Source of the DNA: Chlorokybus atmophyticus
Lineage: Eukaryota; Plantae; Mesostigma and Chlorokybus algae
NCBI GenBank assembly: GCA_009103225.1
Contig: RHPI01002402.1
Coordinates: 310,001 to 374,000, forward strand
DNA: 64,000 nt
Direction of reading: 5' to 3'
Shown: positions 48,254 to 62,300 of the stretch, piece after piece
Numbering within the stretch: position 1 is the first letter of the stretch
Layout of the letters: every line of letters starts with the position of its first letter
The notes under the pieces: model-generated
Database searches by the model: none
Seen by the model: only the letters and a program-made list of their open reading frames with translations
What the model was told of the DNA's origin: nothing
Position numbers and translations under genes: made by a program

Positions 48254-51200
48254 ATGGCGGGATACGGCGGGTCGCCGCTGCGGTCTGGGGGGAGCGTGGG
48301 AGAAGGGAGGAAATGGAAGGGTCCGGGTGGCTTGCTCGGGGAGGTGGCAGCTGCCGGTAAGCAGTTGGGGAAGACGCTGGAGGCGGAGGAGGCGGCAGGG
48401 GGCAGAGATCTTCTGGATGTCCTGACTGAGATGCAGAGAGGGGAAGGGTACTCGTTTGAGAAGCGCGTGGTAAGTGCTGCACAGTTACTACGTGGGTCAG
48501 TATAATTTGCGACGGTTCAGAGCAATGTCATATAGCCGTCACGCAAGAAGTCTTGATCAGTTTTGCTATCATGCATCCTAAGCATGCTGCTGTTTTGTGC
48601 AGCACGTTGTAAGCCTTCGAAACAGATTGCAAGTGCATTGTCGAATGCTCTGCCGGCTTCAGGGTATTGCCAGTTGCAATAGCATGCATGTGGTTGCATA
48701 CACTTGTTGCATACCGTTTTGCATTCCTCCACCACGTGCAATCGTACTTGCGCGGTTGGTCCTTTGCATGCGTCACAATGACCGTTATAGTGCCTGCAAC
48801 AGGATTATGTGTTGATTGCATGCATGTGTACTCCGCTAGGTTACATGCTGTTGATTGCTTACTGCAATGCTTCGTAGTGGCCAGTGCAAGTTACACAAGC
48901 GCGACTAGTGTCTTCAATGCCAGCTGCTGTGTTGGACGCATATGCCAGCAGGCGAAGCATTGCGTTTGCTGGCAATTTTCCTGATATCCGCCGAGCATGG
49001 TGCACTGTTGACAATACTCTTTTCTTGTGGCGACTAGACCAGAGGTAAGCTGTTTGATTTGTGACTGTGTGGAAGCGGATCGACAGCTTTGTGCATTTGT
49101 AAATTTTCGATGTAACGAACATGGCAGGGATGACTCTCCAGTTGAGTACAGCGGCGAGGATCAAGCTATCTGTGCTGTAGGGCTGGCACCAGCCACGCCA
49201 GGAGTATTTATACAGGCAATCCAGTACCTGCTCGTCCTTGCCACCGCTGCAGAAGTAAGCGCACACGCGCATTGCACACTTGGCTGGCACTTATTGCCGC
49301 ATCTGCCTCCATGTTAGTATGCATTGAACATGTTCCTCATAACAAACTTGTACCCCAGATTGTCCTCATCGGTGTTTGCTTGAGTGGGCTTGACGATGAA
49401 GGCATTCCTGTGGACATCCAACTGCAGACTTTACCCATGTACTCAACTCCATCCGACTCCATTGTCATGACCTGCATTCAAGCTACCCAAACCGGCCGCA
49501 TCTTCTTGGGTGGCCAGGTGAGTGCAGTTGTTGGACTGCCTGATGGGATGTTAGCAGATAAGGGGAAACGGTTTCTGATGGCAGCCTTTGGCAGGACGGG
49601 CACTTGTATGAACTCTTCTATGGAACAGGTTCTGGTTGGCGGCAGAGACGTTGCTGGAAAGTGTGTCACACGGCGAGCATGGGCCGTCTGCTTCCCAGTT
49701 TTATGCACTTTGGAAAGCCGGATTCTTTGGTGCAGATCGCAGTAGACAACGATCGCAACATCCTCTACACTCGCACGCAATCGTCTGCCATACGAGTCTA
49801 TGATCTAGGTTCAAAAGGCGATCATGCTCCACAGCATGTTGCGGAGATCAGCAGCATGTACAGTGCATTGTCCGTATTTCGCGGAGGCGATTGGGGCAGA
49901 AACACCACCCCAGCGGCGAAAACCGCAGCACAGAAGGCTGCGGCGGCTGTGGAGATCACAACTATACCTCCCAGGGAGTCTCGCCGGCTTCATCTTGTTG
50001 CTGTTACAGCTGATGGCCGCCGAGTTTTCTTTTCGGTCACAAATGAGATCAAGCCAGGATCACGACCTGCATCTCTAGCCGTTCGCTTTGTTCGCAATGC
50101 GCCTCCTCAACCGGAACGGGTCCTGCCGCGTGGGATGGGTGGTGGTGCAGAGCCAGGGCCTTCATACCTGACGGACAATGTTATCCTGTCTGGTCCACCG
50201 CGGTCTTTGCAAGTGGAAAGCGGCTGCTACTCAGAAGGTGTTTATCTAATAGCTGACAGCGGTTCACCCGATGGCGACGTCCGTCTGCTGGTGACGACTA
50301 GGGACCTCACCCTACCCATGTTACCAACACGAGGAGTACAATCTGCGGTAGGTCTTTTTGGTACCAGTGTTCACTTTTCAACACCGGTGAACGCTTCTTG
50401 TTAGATGGTGTGGTTATGCCTGGTTTATCTGTGTGGCTGTGTTTGTGCATGCATTGCGCATGCACTGTACTGTAGACAGTTACATCAGCCATACCCATGC
50501 AGACTGATGTATTTGTGAGTGGTTGCTGCAGTCTGTTGTTAGGTGCAGGTGTTGCCCTGGATGCATGTGTCTCTTAAATGACATCAGAATTGACATGCAG
50601 GCAGTCTTAACCAGCGGATTGCGAGAGCTCCTGTCAGTCCTGTTGCTGTCAGGACAAGCATTGGCCATAGACGAGGTGCCAATCCCGAAGTCAATCCGTG
50701 CACTCATCGAACCTCCCACTGGTCCCCTTCAACGTCCAATGTACGCGCATGGTGAACTCGCAACGCAGCATGTCCTGCCGAGGAGGCACTTTGCAGCAGT
50801 TTGCACGTCAGGTATAACGGATGTTGTCAAGAACCGCCCGGTTGACATATTGCGCCAACTGCTGGAAGAGGGCGCTATAGGACAGCAGGAGGGGTTCCGG
50901 TTGTTGGAGGAGTTTTTCAGGTCTTATGGACCCACAGAGGCAGTTGCCATGTGCTTGATACTGCTGACTGCGGGACCTGGTGAGGTCAGCAGCAATGTCA
51001 TGGAGTTGGCACGAGCTGCCCTCGAGGACCGCCGTCTTGGAGGCGTGCCACGCATAGACCAGGACGGCAGTCAGAACGGCAGCAACGGCGTCGGGACATT
51101 CGACATGGGCAAGCCTGTCACAACACCTGAGATGGTGTTCTCGGACACCCACAATGGCATGTACCTGTACACGGCGCGCTTGATGAGGAACGTTTGGGAT

Positions 51201-54200
51201 TACCCTGTTGTGTCACCAGTCGACACATCTGGTGGCACATCAGTAGTTTGCTGCACATTCTCGGTGCATCTGATGAATTTCTTGGAGCTCAAACTGCGAG
51301 CTCTGGAGCATGTTGTGAACTCTCGCAAAAGGAAGACTGCTTACTCACCTTCAGGTGTCGGTGGCATAGGTATGTCACGCACACTCTTGCACGCATTATT
51401 CCATAGTCCAAGCTCACATGATTTGTGTCAGGTGAGCGACAACCATGGCAGCATCGCATCATTGCACTGCACAAGAAGCGAAAGGTGGAGGATGCCGCTG
51501 CAAAAGAGGAGCACAGCCTAGACAGCCTGGCGTTGCTATTGCAGAGATCAGCGGAGGCTATACTGCTCATGCGCATCCTGAACGATAATGATCTCCGTCG
51601 CCTGGTACTGCGACTCGACAGTCAGACACAGCAGCAGCTGCTTCAGCTCTCATTCAAGGATCTCGTGGCCACATCAGAAGGGGATGCCCTCGCCAACAAA
51701 CTTGTCGGTGCACTGATGAAGTACTACACAACAGATGGACGTAGCGCGCTTGTAGATGAGTTGAGTGAGAAGCTAAGGTAAGGTGCACAAGCGTAGGCCA
51801 TCATTTGCGGTCTGTTGCAATGCCAGCATTACCATGAGTGCTGAGCATGCATTGATGGACATTTCAAATGCTGCTAAGCGTGCCTCAGAAAAAATGAAAA
51901 ACTGACACAGCTGCACTGCAGCTTGAGAGTGTGCTGTGTGAATTATCTTCTCTAGTTCCCATGTGTTGCACCTCCCTCGCAGGAATGGATGCCCATCATA
52001 TTTCAATGAAGATGATCGCACGCTTTACCGTGCGTCATGTCAGCTGCAGCAGGCGAAGGAGCTGTACCCGAGCAAGGAGTATTACCAGTATGCGCAGGAA
52101 GCACTTCAGCTGTTTCTCAAAGTGGCTCGCTTGGTGGACGTCAATGCTGTATGCAAGGACTTTCAAGCCATTAGGTTCGTTATTTGCTCTATCGCCGTTA
52201 TATCTGACCGGCATGACAGTATCAAGTTGTGGCAAGAGGCTGGAAAACCCATGCATAACATGACGATCCATGTTCATACCAGGTTTTACGAAGGTGTTGT
52301 ACAGCTGCCGTTGAAACTTGCCCGTGAGTTAGATCCCGAAGATGAAGCTTTGCGAGTAGATGTTGATGAGTCCAGAAGGAGGAGGGCTATCGAATTGAGG
52401 GACAACTGTTATTGCATCATCACGGACGCGATAGTCGCTCTTGTCAAACCACGAGAGCAAGATCCTACTGCCGCAATGTCAAGGGAGGAGCGCGAGCAGT
52501 ATCTGGACATGCTTTTGCGCTTAGCATTGCAGTCTCAAGACTCCATGTTTCATGAGCGACTGTACCAGGCAAGCAGCGCACTGGTCAAACATAAGCGTGT
52601 GAATGTCATGACCTTAAGGGGCTTAACTCAGTGGCCTGTTGTTCAGACGCTGATTGAGCTTGGCTTGGTGGATAAGCTGCTGGATTTGAAGGAAGTGCCT
52701 CCTTACTTGGAAGAATATCTCAAGCGAGCAAGGTTAACTGACGATACCGGACAAGGGCAGGTCATTGGACCTGAGCAAGCAACCTTACTTGAGCTGCTGG
52801 CCAAGCTGTACATAAAAAGGAAAAATGTAAGTTGTCTGCGTGCCATGCGCCCTCTCGTGCGTGGTAGCACTGCAATGCGGTGAATGAATGCTGACGCACT
52901 TGCTGTGTGCTTTGCAGTGCTTGGCAGCCGCTCTTGTATATCAGCGTTTGGCGGAGAGGCGAAGCAACGGCGGCAGGTTGACCCTGGAAGAGAGGATGAA
53001 TTACTACAACGATGCCCTGCTGCAAGCGCAGGCGCAGAGCTCGCAGGGCAGAACTTCAGAAGCCCAGGATCTGGTGGATGTGTTGGAAGGGAAGCGCACT
53101 GTGCTTGACTTCCAGATACGTCAGCGCAGTGAGCTGCTTGAGACGGCCAGGCGACTCCAACAACAGTACTGTGTTGATGTCCACTTGAAGTTCACGTGCA
53201 GTTGTACATTGGTTTGTTCCATTCTGAGTGGCTTATAACAACAGGATGGAACCTGAGGATACGGACAAGGCAGAAAGGCTCAAGCAGCGCATTCAAGTCC
53301 TCAAGGAAAAGGCTGAAGAGCTGGCAACAGAGCTCAAAGAGCTTTCGGACTTGTACAACAACTATGCGCAGCCGTATGAGTGCTGGGAGCTGTGCATTGA
53401 GATGATACACTTTGCAAACTACACCGATGGAGACGGGTCCATCATCAAAGAGCTTTGGGATCGCTTCCTCACACAGGGCGTGGAAGTTGGTGGCATCCCA
53501 GAGGCATGCGCACGCGTTCAGAGACTGGGTGGCAAACTGTATCCAAATGAGTCAAGTTTCCCGTTTGCCTTTGTTGCTGCACGGTTGGAACGGCTGGCGT
53601 ATGCTGCTCAGTATGACGACAGACGGGTGCGTGACCTGGTTAGGTGTTTAACAATTGAACTAAGGCCACGCACATCTATGCCTCCCTCGTCACCTGCTTG
53701 TTGAGTGAGGCATACATGCACAAAAACATTGGCTATCTGGTATGCTTGACCTTGTGTTCTTGTGGGTACAGGCTGTCCCGTCTGCTCTTTTGCATGCGTG
53801 TAAACGAGCGTACGAGCCGGTGGTGCGCGTGTACGAAAGTCTGCTGGCCCGAAGAGCAGAGCTGCCAGAGCCGGGCTTGAGGTTGCGGCTGCTGCAGTCT
53901 CTACTGTGGGCGCTGCAGCAGTGGGCTCACGAGCTGCAGACAGCCCCCGCAGGCAGGTCACCTTACAGGCCCATGGCGCGGGGCTTCATCGGCGCTTACG
54001 CTGGTGCGCGGGAGGCGTTGGGCACCCTCGTGGACTTGTGCGGGCGCTATGCCATGGAGGCACGCCGGCTTCAAGTGGCCCCCGGTGAGGCGGAAGCCGT
54101 GGCAAAGGGCTTTGAGGCCCTCAAGAATGAGCTCGCACCGTCTGCGCATACACCCTCTGCACGCGGCACCCCACGCAGCCCGTCACCCATGCACGGGTAT

Positions 54201-54203
54201 TAG
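48254..54203 (+). CDS. NUP155: Nucleoporin NUP155 (Nup170 family), multi-exon
   Basis: GEDQAICAVGLAPATPGVFIQAIQYLLVLAT, PSDSIVMTCI..GRIFLGG, VDNDRNILYTR, FDMGKPV..FSDTHNG, GCPSYFNEDD, LSDLYNNYAQPYECWELCIEMIHFANY. Confidence 0.95.
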
Positions 54204-55164
54204 ATTACACGTTACGTTTGAGAATAGCGTATGACACTGTTGAGTTGGGTTAGAGTGCATTTTGCACTGTGTTGTGGTGGTTGCGTTGTGAGTGGTTGCA
54301 GTCCGTGTGCAGGTAAGGGCCACCCACCAGCAGTAGCTGCTTGGTCAGTAAAGGGTAAGAGCTATCTGGCTAATAGATGGCATGTGATATGCGCATGGGG
54401 CTTGATTGGTTGGTACCTGTGCAGTATATACCGGTGTAGCATATGGCTTGTGCAGTCTGGCGAAGGCATGTTTAATGGGCTCCGCTTCCGGCATATACGG
54501 TGTGCTAGAAGAAGCACATTGTCAAAGCATGCGTTCCTGTATGCTGGGCGCACATGTTGCAATGTTGCTGTTGACAGTCTACACATATTTCTAACATGTG
54601 TAGACTAGTTGTGTCGTGTTGCCACGAAAGCTGTTTGCGTCGCAGATACCTTCATGCTCTGTCTTTTGGTCATGATTGCCTGGTATTTGCTTGTCTTCCG
54701 GCCTCTCTAAACATATACCTTGTGACAGTATACAATTCAAGAGGTCTTTATATACCCAGGTCGTAATTAGTCCTGCACGCCTAGTCGTAGACCTGTCTAT
54801 GCAAATACAGCGCGGCGCTGTGCAGCAAACCCTGCATGCTCATGTGCGCGCACCAGTCCATCGCATCACCACAAGTCGTGCGCAAGGTCCTCTGCAAGTT
54901 CCGTTCTCTCCCACGGCCACTTGGGCGGGTGATCGCGCAGGTTGGTAGCCATCTCTTTTTTGCTCCTCGATTTTCATAGCAAGCAGGATGATCAAAATTT
55001 TTTTCACTCTATCACGACCAACCTCGCTGGCCTCTCCTCCTTCGACAGGGTCCAAAAGGCTATACAGTCCATCTTCACTTGCTGCTTGAACTCCTGCACA
55101 GCAAGGGCATGGTTAGTTCATGATCAATCCGTGATATGGACACAGATTGCACGCAGAGATTTGC

Positions 55165-55166
<2 letters not shown>

Positions 55167-55200
<34 letters not shown>
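55167..55200 (+). repeat. (CT)n microsatellite followed by (CCCACA)3
   Basis: Direct observation. Confidence 0.95.
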
Positions 55201-55206
<6 letters not shown>

Positions 55207-55986
55207 CGGCACCCACACCCACACCCACACCTGCCAGCTGCGTGGTACGGCGACAAACTTCAACGACTGAACACGCCTGAAAGCGTTGTTGTTGCTTTGG
55301 TTGGGGCCTCTAGATTGCTGGGGACTGTAAAGCAGTATCTGCTGCAGTGGTTGCCACCGCTGCTGCCATCCACTAGCAGCGTCCCTGAGGCGCCAAGCTT
55401 GAACCAGCTGGCTGTGCATGTGGCCTATGCCAGCTCCAGCCACCGCCCTCTGCATGCTCTGTTGTGTAGCAGGACGACAGGGAAGACGGAAGAGATGGCT
55501 AGCTCTGTCCAAGGGGCTTCGCATGCAAGCACTGGACTGCTGGACTACTGGTAGGCCTGAGCACTTTGCGCTGTGATCGTGCTTTGCCTTGGCGACGACA
55601 CGCACCGCCGCCCATGACAGGAGGACGGTTGATGGGACGCGACGACGAGCGCGTGCGGGTCACCTCACGTGATGATGGGACGCGACTCACCTCGTAAGCC
55701 TTGCGGTGGTGAAGTTGAGTTATGCATCAAGCACGATGACCACGATTCTTACAACGAGGCCTATCCGAGGAGTTGACGCGCGTTACATCGTCACAGTGTG
55801 GAGTTGACGTGACCCCTTCGCTTCTCAGCCCCGCCGCCGCCCCGGTCAAATGGCGACGCTGGCATTGGCGCTGGTTGGTGTCGCTGTCGAGGGCAAAGTA
55901 CATATACCTAGCCCCTCTAGCGCCGAGTGTCCAGTGCAGCTCTTGCATGCAAAGCTGGGTGATACAGCAAACACAGTACTCTGTTT

Positions 55987-56259
<273 letters not shown>

Positions 56260-57059
56260 AGCGGGCGGTGGCTTCAGCTGGCACCAGCGGCATGCGCAGC
56301 TTGCTGGCCCAAGCTTTTCGCCTCAGGAGTGGAGGCAGCAGCAGCAACCAATGCAACTGCAGCAGTACCACTCGATACTGCTCTGCAGTGCCCAGAAACA
56401 CCGAGATCACAACCAATGCGAACACTCAAGGGGCTGTCAACGTCGGCGCGGTGTCAAGAAGCTGGAAGGTGTGGGTGTGTGCGCGTGCGTGTGCGTGTGT
56501 GTGCGAACGACGTGTCTACACTCTCGTAAAAACATGTGTGATGCGTGCACAACCACCTCTTCACGGGCAATTACTCAAGCACTGAATATAAGTCCCCCCC
56601 TGTGCGCAGGAGTTCAAGCAGCAGGTGAAGCTGGAGTGGAATCTGTCCTTCGAGGACCGTCCACGGCGTATATATAAGTCTAATACGTGCTCGAGACTGA
56701 CTTGACGTTGGCTGTGCTCTTCTCATATCCACGCTGCTTGCTCTGCGAGTCGAGAGGTTTGTTTGATGGTAGTAAGTTGCTAGCATAAGTTGGGTATGTG
56801 CATAGGGGTCAGGTTTGCAGCTGGTCAGGTCCTGCTAGCTAGGCGTGCAATGTAGTACAGTTGTTTGCACTGTGTAGAACAGTATGCAACAGCCCGTACA
56901 GCTGCTGTCTGTGTCATACTGTAATTGCTGGGATGGAAATATGGCAATCTCTGCATCAACTAGTCAAGCATGACGCCATTGTGCCATAAACGTTTGGCAG
57001 CAACACAACAGCAAGTTCGCCAAGCTGGCCTCCTTTACACTGGTCAGTACCAGCTCGGG

Positions 57060-58561
57060 GTGGGTAGCCTACCCATGATGTCGAGATCCCCAAGCACAAC
57101 ACGGCGAATTAGCCAAGCACCGTAAGCAGCAATGCAGCAACAGTGTGCTCCACCTTGCAGAATGCTTATGACAGACACTCAAGTTGGGTGTTTGTCTCAG
57201 TGAGTGAGCACATGTGTGCGGTTGAACCGCACTCGTGCATACAATCATGCACGCATGTGCCAGACGCGTGCAGTGCACACAGATGCGCGTGGGTTTGTGC
57301 AAACTCACCCGTTCAGGCCGACCCGCACGCACACCAGGGCCTGCGCCTATGACCAGCAAGCACCGCGACACGTTGGATTCTGACCAGCAGATCTACTGGT
57401 CCAACGTTCTAGCTTGGTCCTTTTGCACACATACACAACCGTGCGTGCGTGTCCGTGCGTGGGTGGGTGTGCGTTTGCAATCACGCCCGCCCGCCCGCCC
57501 AAGTATGCATACGTACACGCAGACACCCATGCCCACATACACACGTACAAGGCAAGCGTTGGCACGCATGTACCACCACAGGCTCAGCAAGGCTTGCATG
57601 CAGACGTGGTGGGTGATGAAGGTGGAGGAGGGACTTCTCACCAAATGAGTTGTTCTTCTTATATTACTTCCTTGGTAGCGTCAGGTATGCGAGGTAATAG
57701 GTGTGGTTGGTGGATAGGTAGACGCGACACGAAGCAGCATGTAGTGTAATGGCTCATAAGTTCGTATGTTGGTGCCTGACTATCAGGCACACTGCCCTGC
57801 ACACTACCCTGCACACTGTAAGCGCGCACACGCGCACACGCGCACACGCGCAAGCGCACGCACGCACACATACACACGTGCGCTTAGCACGCAAGTACTG
57901 CACGCATGCACACACGCAACTTACCCAATACCTATGCAAAATAGTCACATCAATCACAATTGCAGTTATCAAGCATTGGTGACAGCCATGGAGTCTTCAC
58001 CTCCAAGGCAAACGCCACGCCTCTAACACAGCAGGCAGTTGAAAACCAATATATACAGCACTTGACCAAATCAGAGTTTGTTGTTGCGAGAGTATAGATA
58101 GGGAGAGAAGCAGCTAGTGGTAAGCGAGGGTCTCGGCTACCTCCACCGTCTCCCATGCGTACTGGTGCTTGGGGACGCTGGCATGGACAGCACGCGCCAC
58201 CGCACGTCTCTGCACCAACCACTCCTGCACAACACACATGTTAGTTTTCGTGCCAATGGTACACACATGCAGGCACGCGTAACACGTCATGTGGCTTTGC
58301 ATGATGCAAACAGTGCCCAAGCCAAGGTGGCATTTGCCAGGCGGGTCTCCCCCCCTCAATGCAGCTCACCTGCCAGCTTCTGGACGCACAAGAAGAAGCG
58401 ACGCCTTCGCTCAGCGCCGCTTCTTTGCTAGCGGCGGCAGAGTGGTAGCCGTTGCTGCTGCCGACACCGCCGCCGGCGCTCTTGCTGCTTGGCCAGACGT
58501 ACGCGCGCAGGCGGCCGAGCTTGCCGACCTGCACCGCCACAGCCTCCGCCGCCTTCTCCAT
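57060..58561 (-). CDS. Unidentified spliced gene; 3' extent uncertain
   Basis: ATG at 58561 (MEKAAEAVAVQVGKLGRLRAYVWP...SWQ) splices by GT-AG in frame to EWLVQRRAVARAVHASVPKHQYAWE. I could not resolve later exons. Confidence 0.35.
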
Positions 58562-59300
58562 GCTTGCAGCCTCCGCTCTACCCTCAGCACACACCCAGCA
58601 CACTCCTCACCCACCTTCCCCTCATCATCTTATCACCTTATGTACTCTGCCGCCGCCCAGCAGCAGCGGATGGCTCCGCCTGCCCTGCATGCCCTTCCCC
58701 ACAACAACACTGTCATGTGACGGCCATCACATCATGTGTGTGTGTTGGAGCGTGACGTCACTCGACGAATGCGCAAGCGACACGATCGGCGCACAAGGAG
58801 TGCCCGTCAACAGCACAAGCTGTGCTCTAATATGCACAAGCAGTGCGGCGTCGGCACGTGAGAGCGTCGCGATTGGCGCGAAGTACAAAGGAAGGAAGCA
58901 ATCAGCACAGTAGTACAGTAGTAACTGCTTGGGGCGGACCGTTGCAGTGGAGAGACGTAGGGCTTGGCGTTGGCGGGGCTGGCATGCGCATTGCCGCCGC
59001 CAGTGCGCGCGCATGCCTTGGTACAGGTTGTTGGAGGCCTTGGCCTTGGCGTGAGCATGCACTTCGCCTACAAGCGAAGTCGGGCAGTCAGGACGGCTGC
59101 GTTGTGGCCCTGCCATACAGTTGGCAGCTTGGTTGTCTCGAAGGACACTTTTGTTGATCAGAGCATGGAGCTGCGGTGTTGGGGCTGATGTGGCGATGGC
59201 TGTGAAGTTGAATGTTTGAGATTGGCAGGTAGGTAGGTAGCTTTCTGTTGGTAGAGAAAGGGGCGCAGCGCAGTGGTGTTGAGCAAGCCAGCCAGCAAGG

Positions 59301-62300
59301 ATGTTTTGTTACTTGAGCAAGAAGGTGGCGATCCCCAACGGGGTGCCGCTGCGGTGTTTGGCGTGGAACCGCGACCAGGGATGGATCGCGGCGGGAGGCG
59401 AACATGGCCTACTCAAGGTGGGTTTGTGTGTGTGCCTTCTGTTGGAGGAGACAAATGCCGCTGCTGAGTTTTGGGTTTTATTATCACACGAGCCTTGGGA
59501 AGGAAGGAGTTTCTCTCTTTGGACATTGTAACGTTGCAATCTGTCTGTGTTGTGGTTTGCATTTGCTGCTCGAGTCTGCATGTTGTAGCTCATTCTGTTT
59601 GTGATGGTGTTGCGGGCGAGTAGCTGTTAAATGGGCTCTCATTGTGTTGTGTCCATGCCTTGAAACATAACTTTGCGCATGCCGTCACCTTGTCGCCTTG
59701 GATTTTTAGTGTTTTGGTGGTAATACTTGCCGCAATTGCGTTCAAGAAGATAATGCCTTGCTCAGTCCAAGAGCCAACAGACAGAGATGTGGTAGTTGCT
59801 TGGTCAATCTTCATATACTCCGCCACCGGATTGCCAAGGGACTTACTAAGCTGCTGCACAACATGCGCTGACTGCACTCCAGCATCGCATACATGCATGT
59901 GACATATGTGTTAACTGCGTAGCATGCGTGCAACACAGCCACAACGCTTGCAGAGTGCAGTTTAAGTCACCAAGCAGATTCAAGACATGAACCATAAACT
60001 CCAAACAACAAACATCGACTGGCACAGTACCACTTCAGTCAGCATTGCTCCACTCTCCCTCTCTCTCAGGTCCTGAAGCTGGACGGCCCCTCCCCCGGCC
60101 GCACCCTCACCTCCACCACCACCTCCTCCTCCTCGGGCTTGTCCTCCTCCTCGTCCACCACCTCCTCCGCCCTATCGATGAACCAGACCCTCGAGGGTCA
60201 CGGCGCTTCCGTTTCCCGCGCCGCCTGGAACGGCCCTTATCGGAAGCTGACGACGGCGGACGGGGCGGGGCTGATCATCGTGTGGATGCTGCATAAGGGG
60301 ATGTGGTTCGAGGAGATGATCAACAATCGGAATAAGAGCGTCGTGAGGGATATGAAGTGGACGGGGGATGGACAGAAGATATGCATCGCGTATGAGGACG
60401 GTGAGAGACAGAGGGACAACTCACGCACAGGCACAAGAAGTACACATATGCACAGGCACACGCGCGTGAGCATGCGTGCACACGCATATGCACGCACGCA
60501 CGCACGCACGCACGCACAAGTGGCGTGTCAAAATACTGTGCCACTGCTGGTCTCCAACAACAGCTAGACAACTACAACTCACCAATCACCTGCCCCACAG
60601 GTGCGGTGATTGTTGGCAGCGTGGACGGGAACCGCCTCTGGGGCAAGGAGCTCCCCATCCAGCTCGCCCTCGTCGAGTGGTCCCCGGACGCCCGCCTCCT
60701 CCTCTTCTGCACACCACAAGGTACCACGCAAGCATACACACGCAGGCACGCACGCACGCACGCACGCGCGCGCGAGCGCGATTACACACACACACGCGTA
60801 CACATGCTCATGCACACACGCATACGCACGCACGCGCACACTCACAGACACATGCACGCGCAGACGTGCACACCCGCGCACACGTACTGGACGCGCATGC
60901 GCATGCGCACGCTCACGTGCACATACACACATACAAATAAGTACAACTCCCATCCGCAGGCGACTGCCACGTTTACGATGCTACCGGCACCCCCATCTCC
61001 CGCCTCTCTCTCCACGACCTCCCTCTCTCCTCCCCCGTCCCGATCGCGGGTCTCGACTGGTACGACGGTTCGGAGGGTTACCCCGAGCCCGGCTGTCCCG
61101 CGCTCGTGATCGCTCTGGCGAACGGGCGGATACAACTGATGAGGAACGAGAATGATGACCATCCGGTGTTGATCGATACGGGGATGGCGTGTAGCCATGT
61201 GATGTGGGCGCCGAATGGGATGGTGTTTGCGGCGGCGGGGACGGCGCAGGTGAGCCATGTTGTTTGCATGCTTGCAATGACACATGCATGCATACGCGCG
61301 TGCGCGTCTACACGCATGCTCACTTGTGTTCAGCCCCCGAACTATCGAACTTGAGCGGCAACTCACTCTTCGCCAGGCACAGGCACACACGCGCGCATGT
61401 GCGCACGTACGCATGTACGCATGTACGCATGCACGCATGCTATGTACGTATCTTCTCTTGGCAAGCTTCTCAAGCAGTCAGACACCCACTTACTGCCTGA
61501 CATAATCACCTCCGCCATCACTGTACATCCGCACGCGCCACCGCATGTCCTTAATCTAGCATATACACACGCACGCACATGCACACGCACACGCACACGC
61601 ACACAACCCACCCACCCACCCCCACTCCCNNNNNNNNNNNNNNNNNNNNNNNNNNNNNNNNNNNNNNNNNNNNNNNNNNNNNNNNNNNNNNNNNNNNNNN
61701 NNNNNNNNNNNNNNNNNNNNNNNNNNNNNNNNNNNNNNNNNNNNNNNNNNNNNNNNNNNNNNNNNNNNNNNNNNNNNNNNNNNNNNNNNNNNNNNNCCCA
61801 CTCCCACCCCCCCCAGGGCGCCATGGTCCAGTTCTACTCCTACCTCGGTCTCCACGTCCGCACCCTCCGCATCCCCGGTTCCTCCCCTTCCCTTTCCATC
61901 TCCGCTCTGGCGTGGGAGGGCGGCGGCTTGAGAGTTGCGCTTGCCGTTGAGAGTTTCATCTATTTCGCGAATATCAGGCCGGAGTATAGGTGGGGGTGGA
62001 TGGGGGGGAACAAGACACTGGTCTATGCATTCGTGAAGGGGAGTCCCAGTAATAACGCGGCTAACAACAGCAATCAGCAAGCGGAGCAGAGTGGAGCGCA
62101 TTGTGTTGTGTTTTGGAATACAGATAGTCATGATAGATACGCCAAGTTCGTGAAGAAACTCGTCGCCATCAAGTGAGTGGGCATGCCAACACACAGAAGC
62201 AGGCATACTCACCCACACGCACCCATACGCACACGCTCACGCGCATGCGCACCCGCACGCGCATGCGCACGCGCGCGCACACACTGTCTGTGCGGATGTG

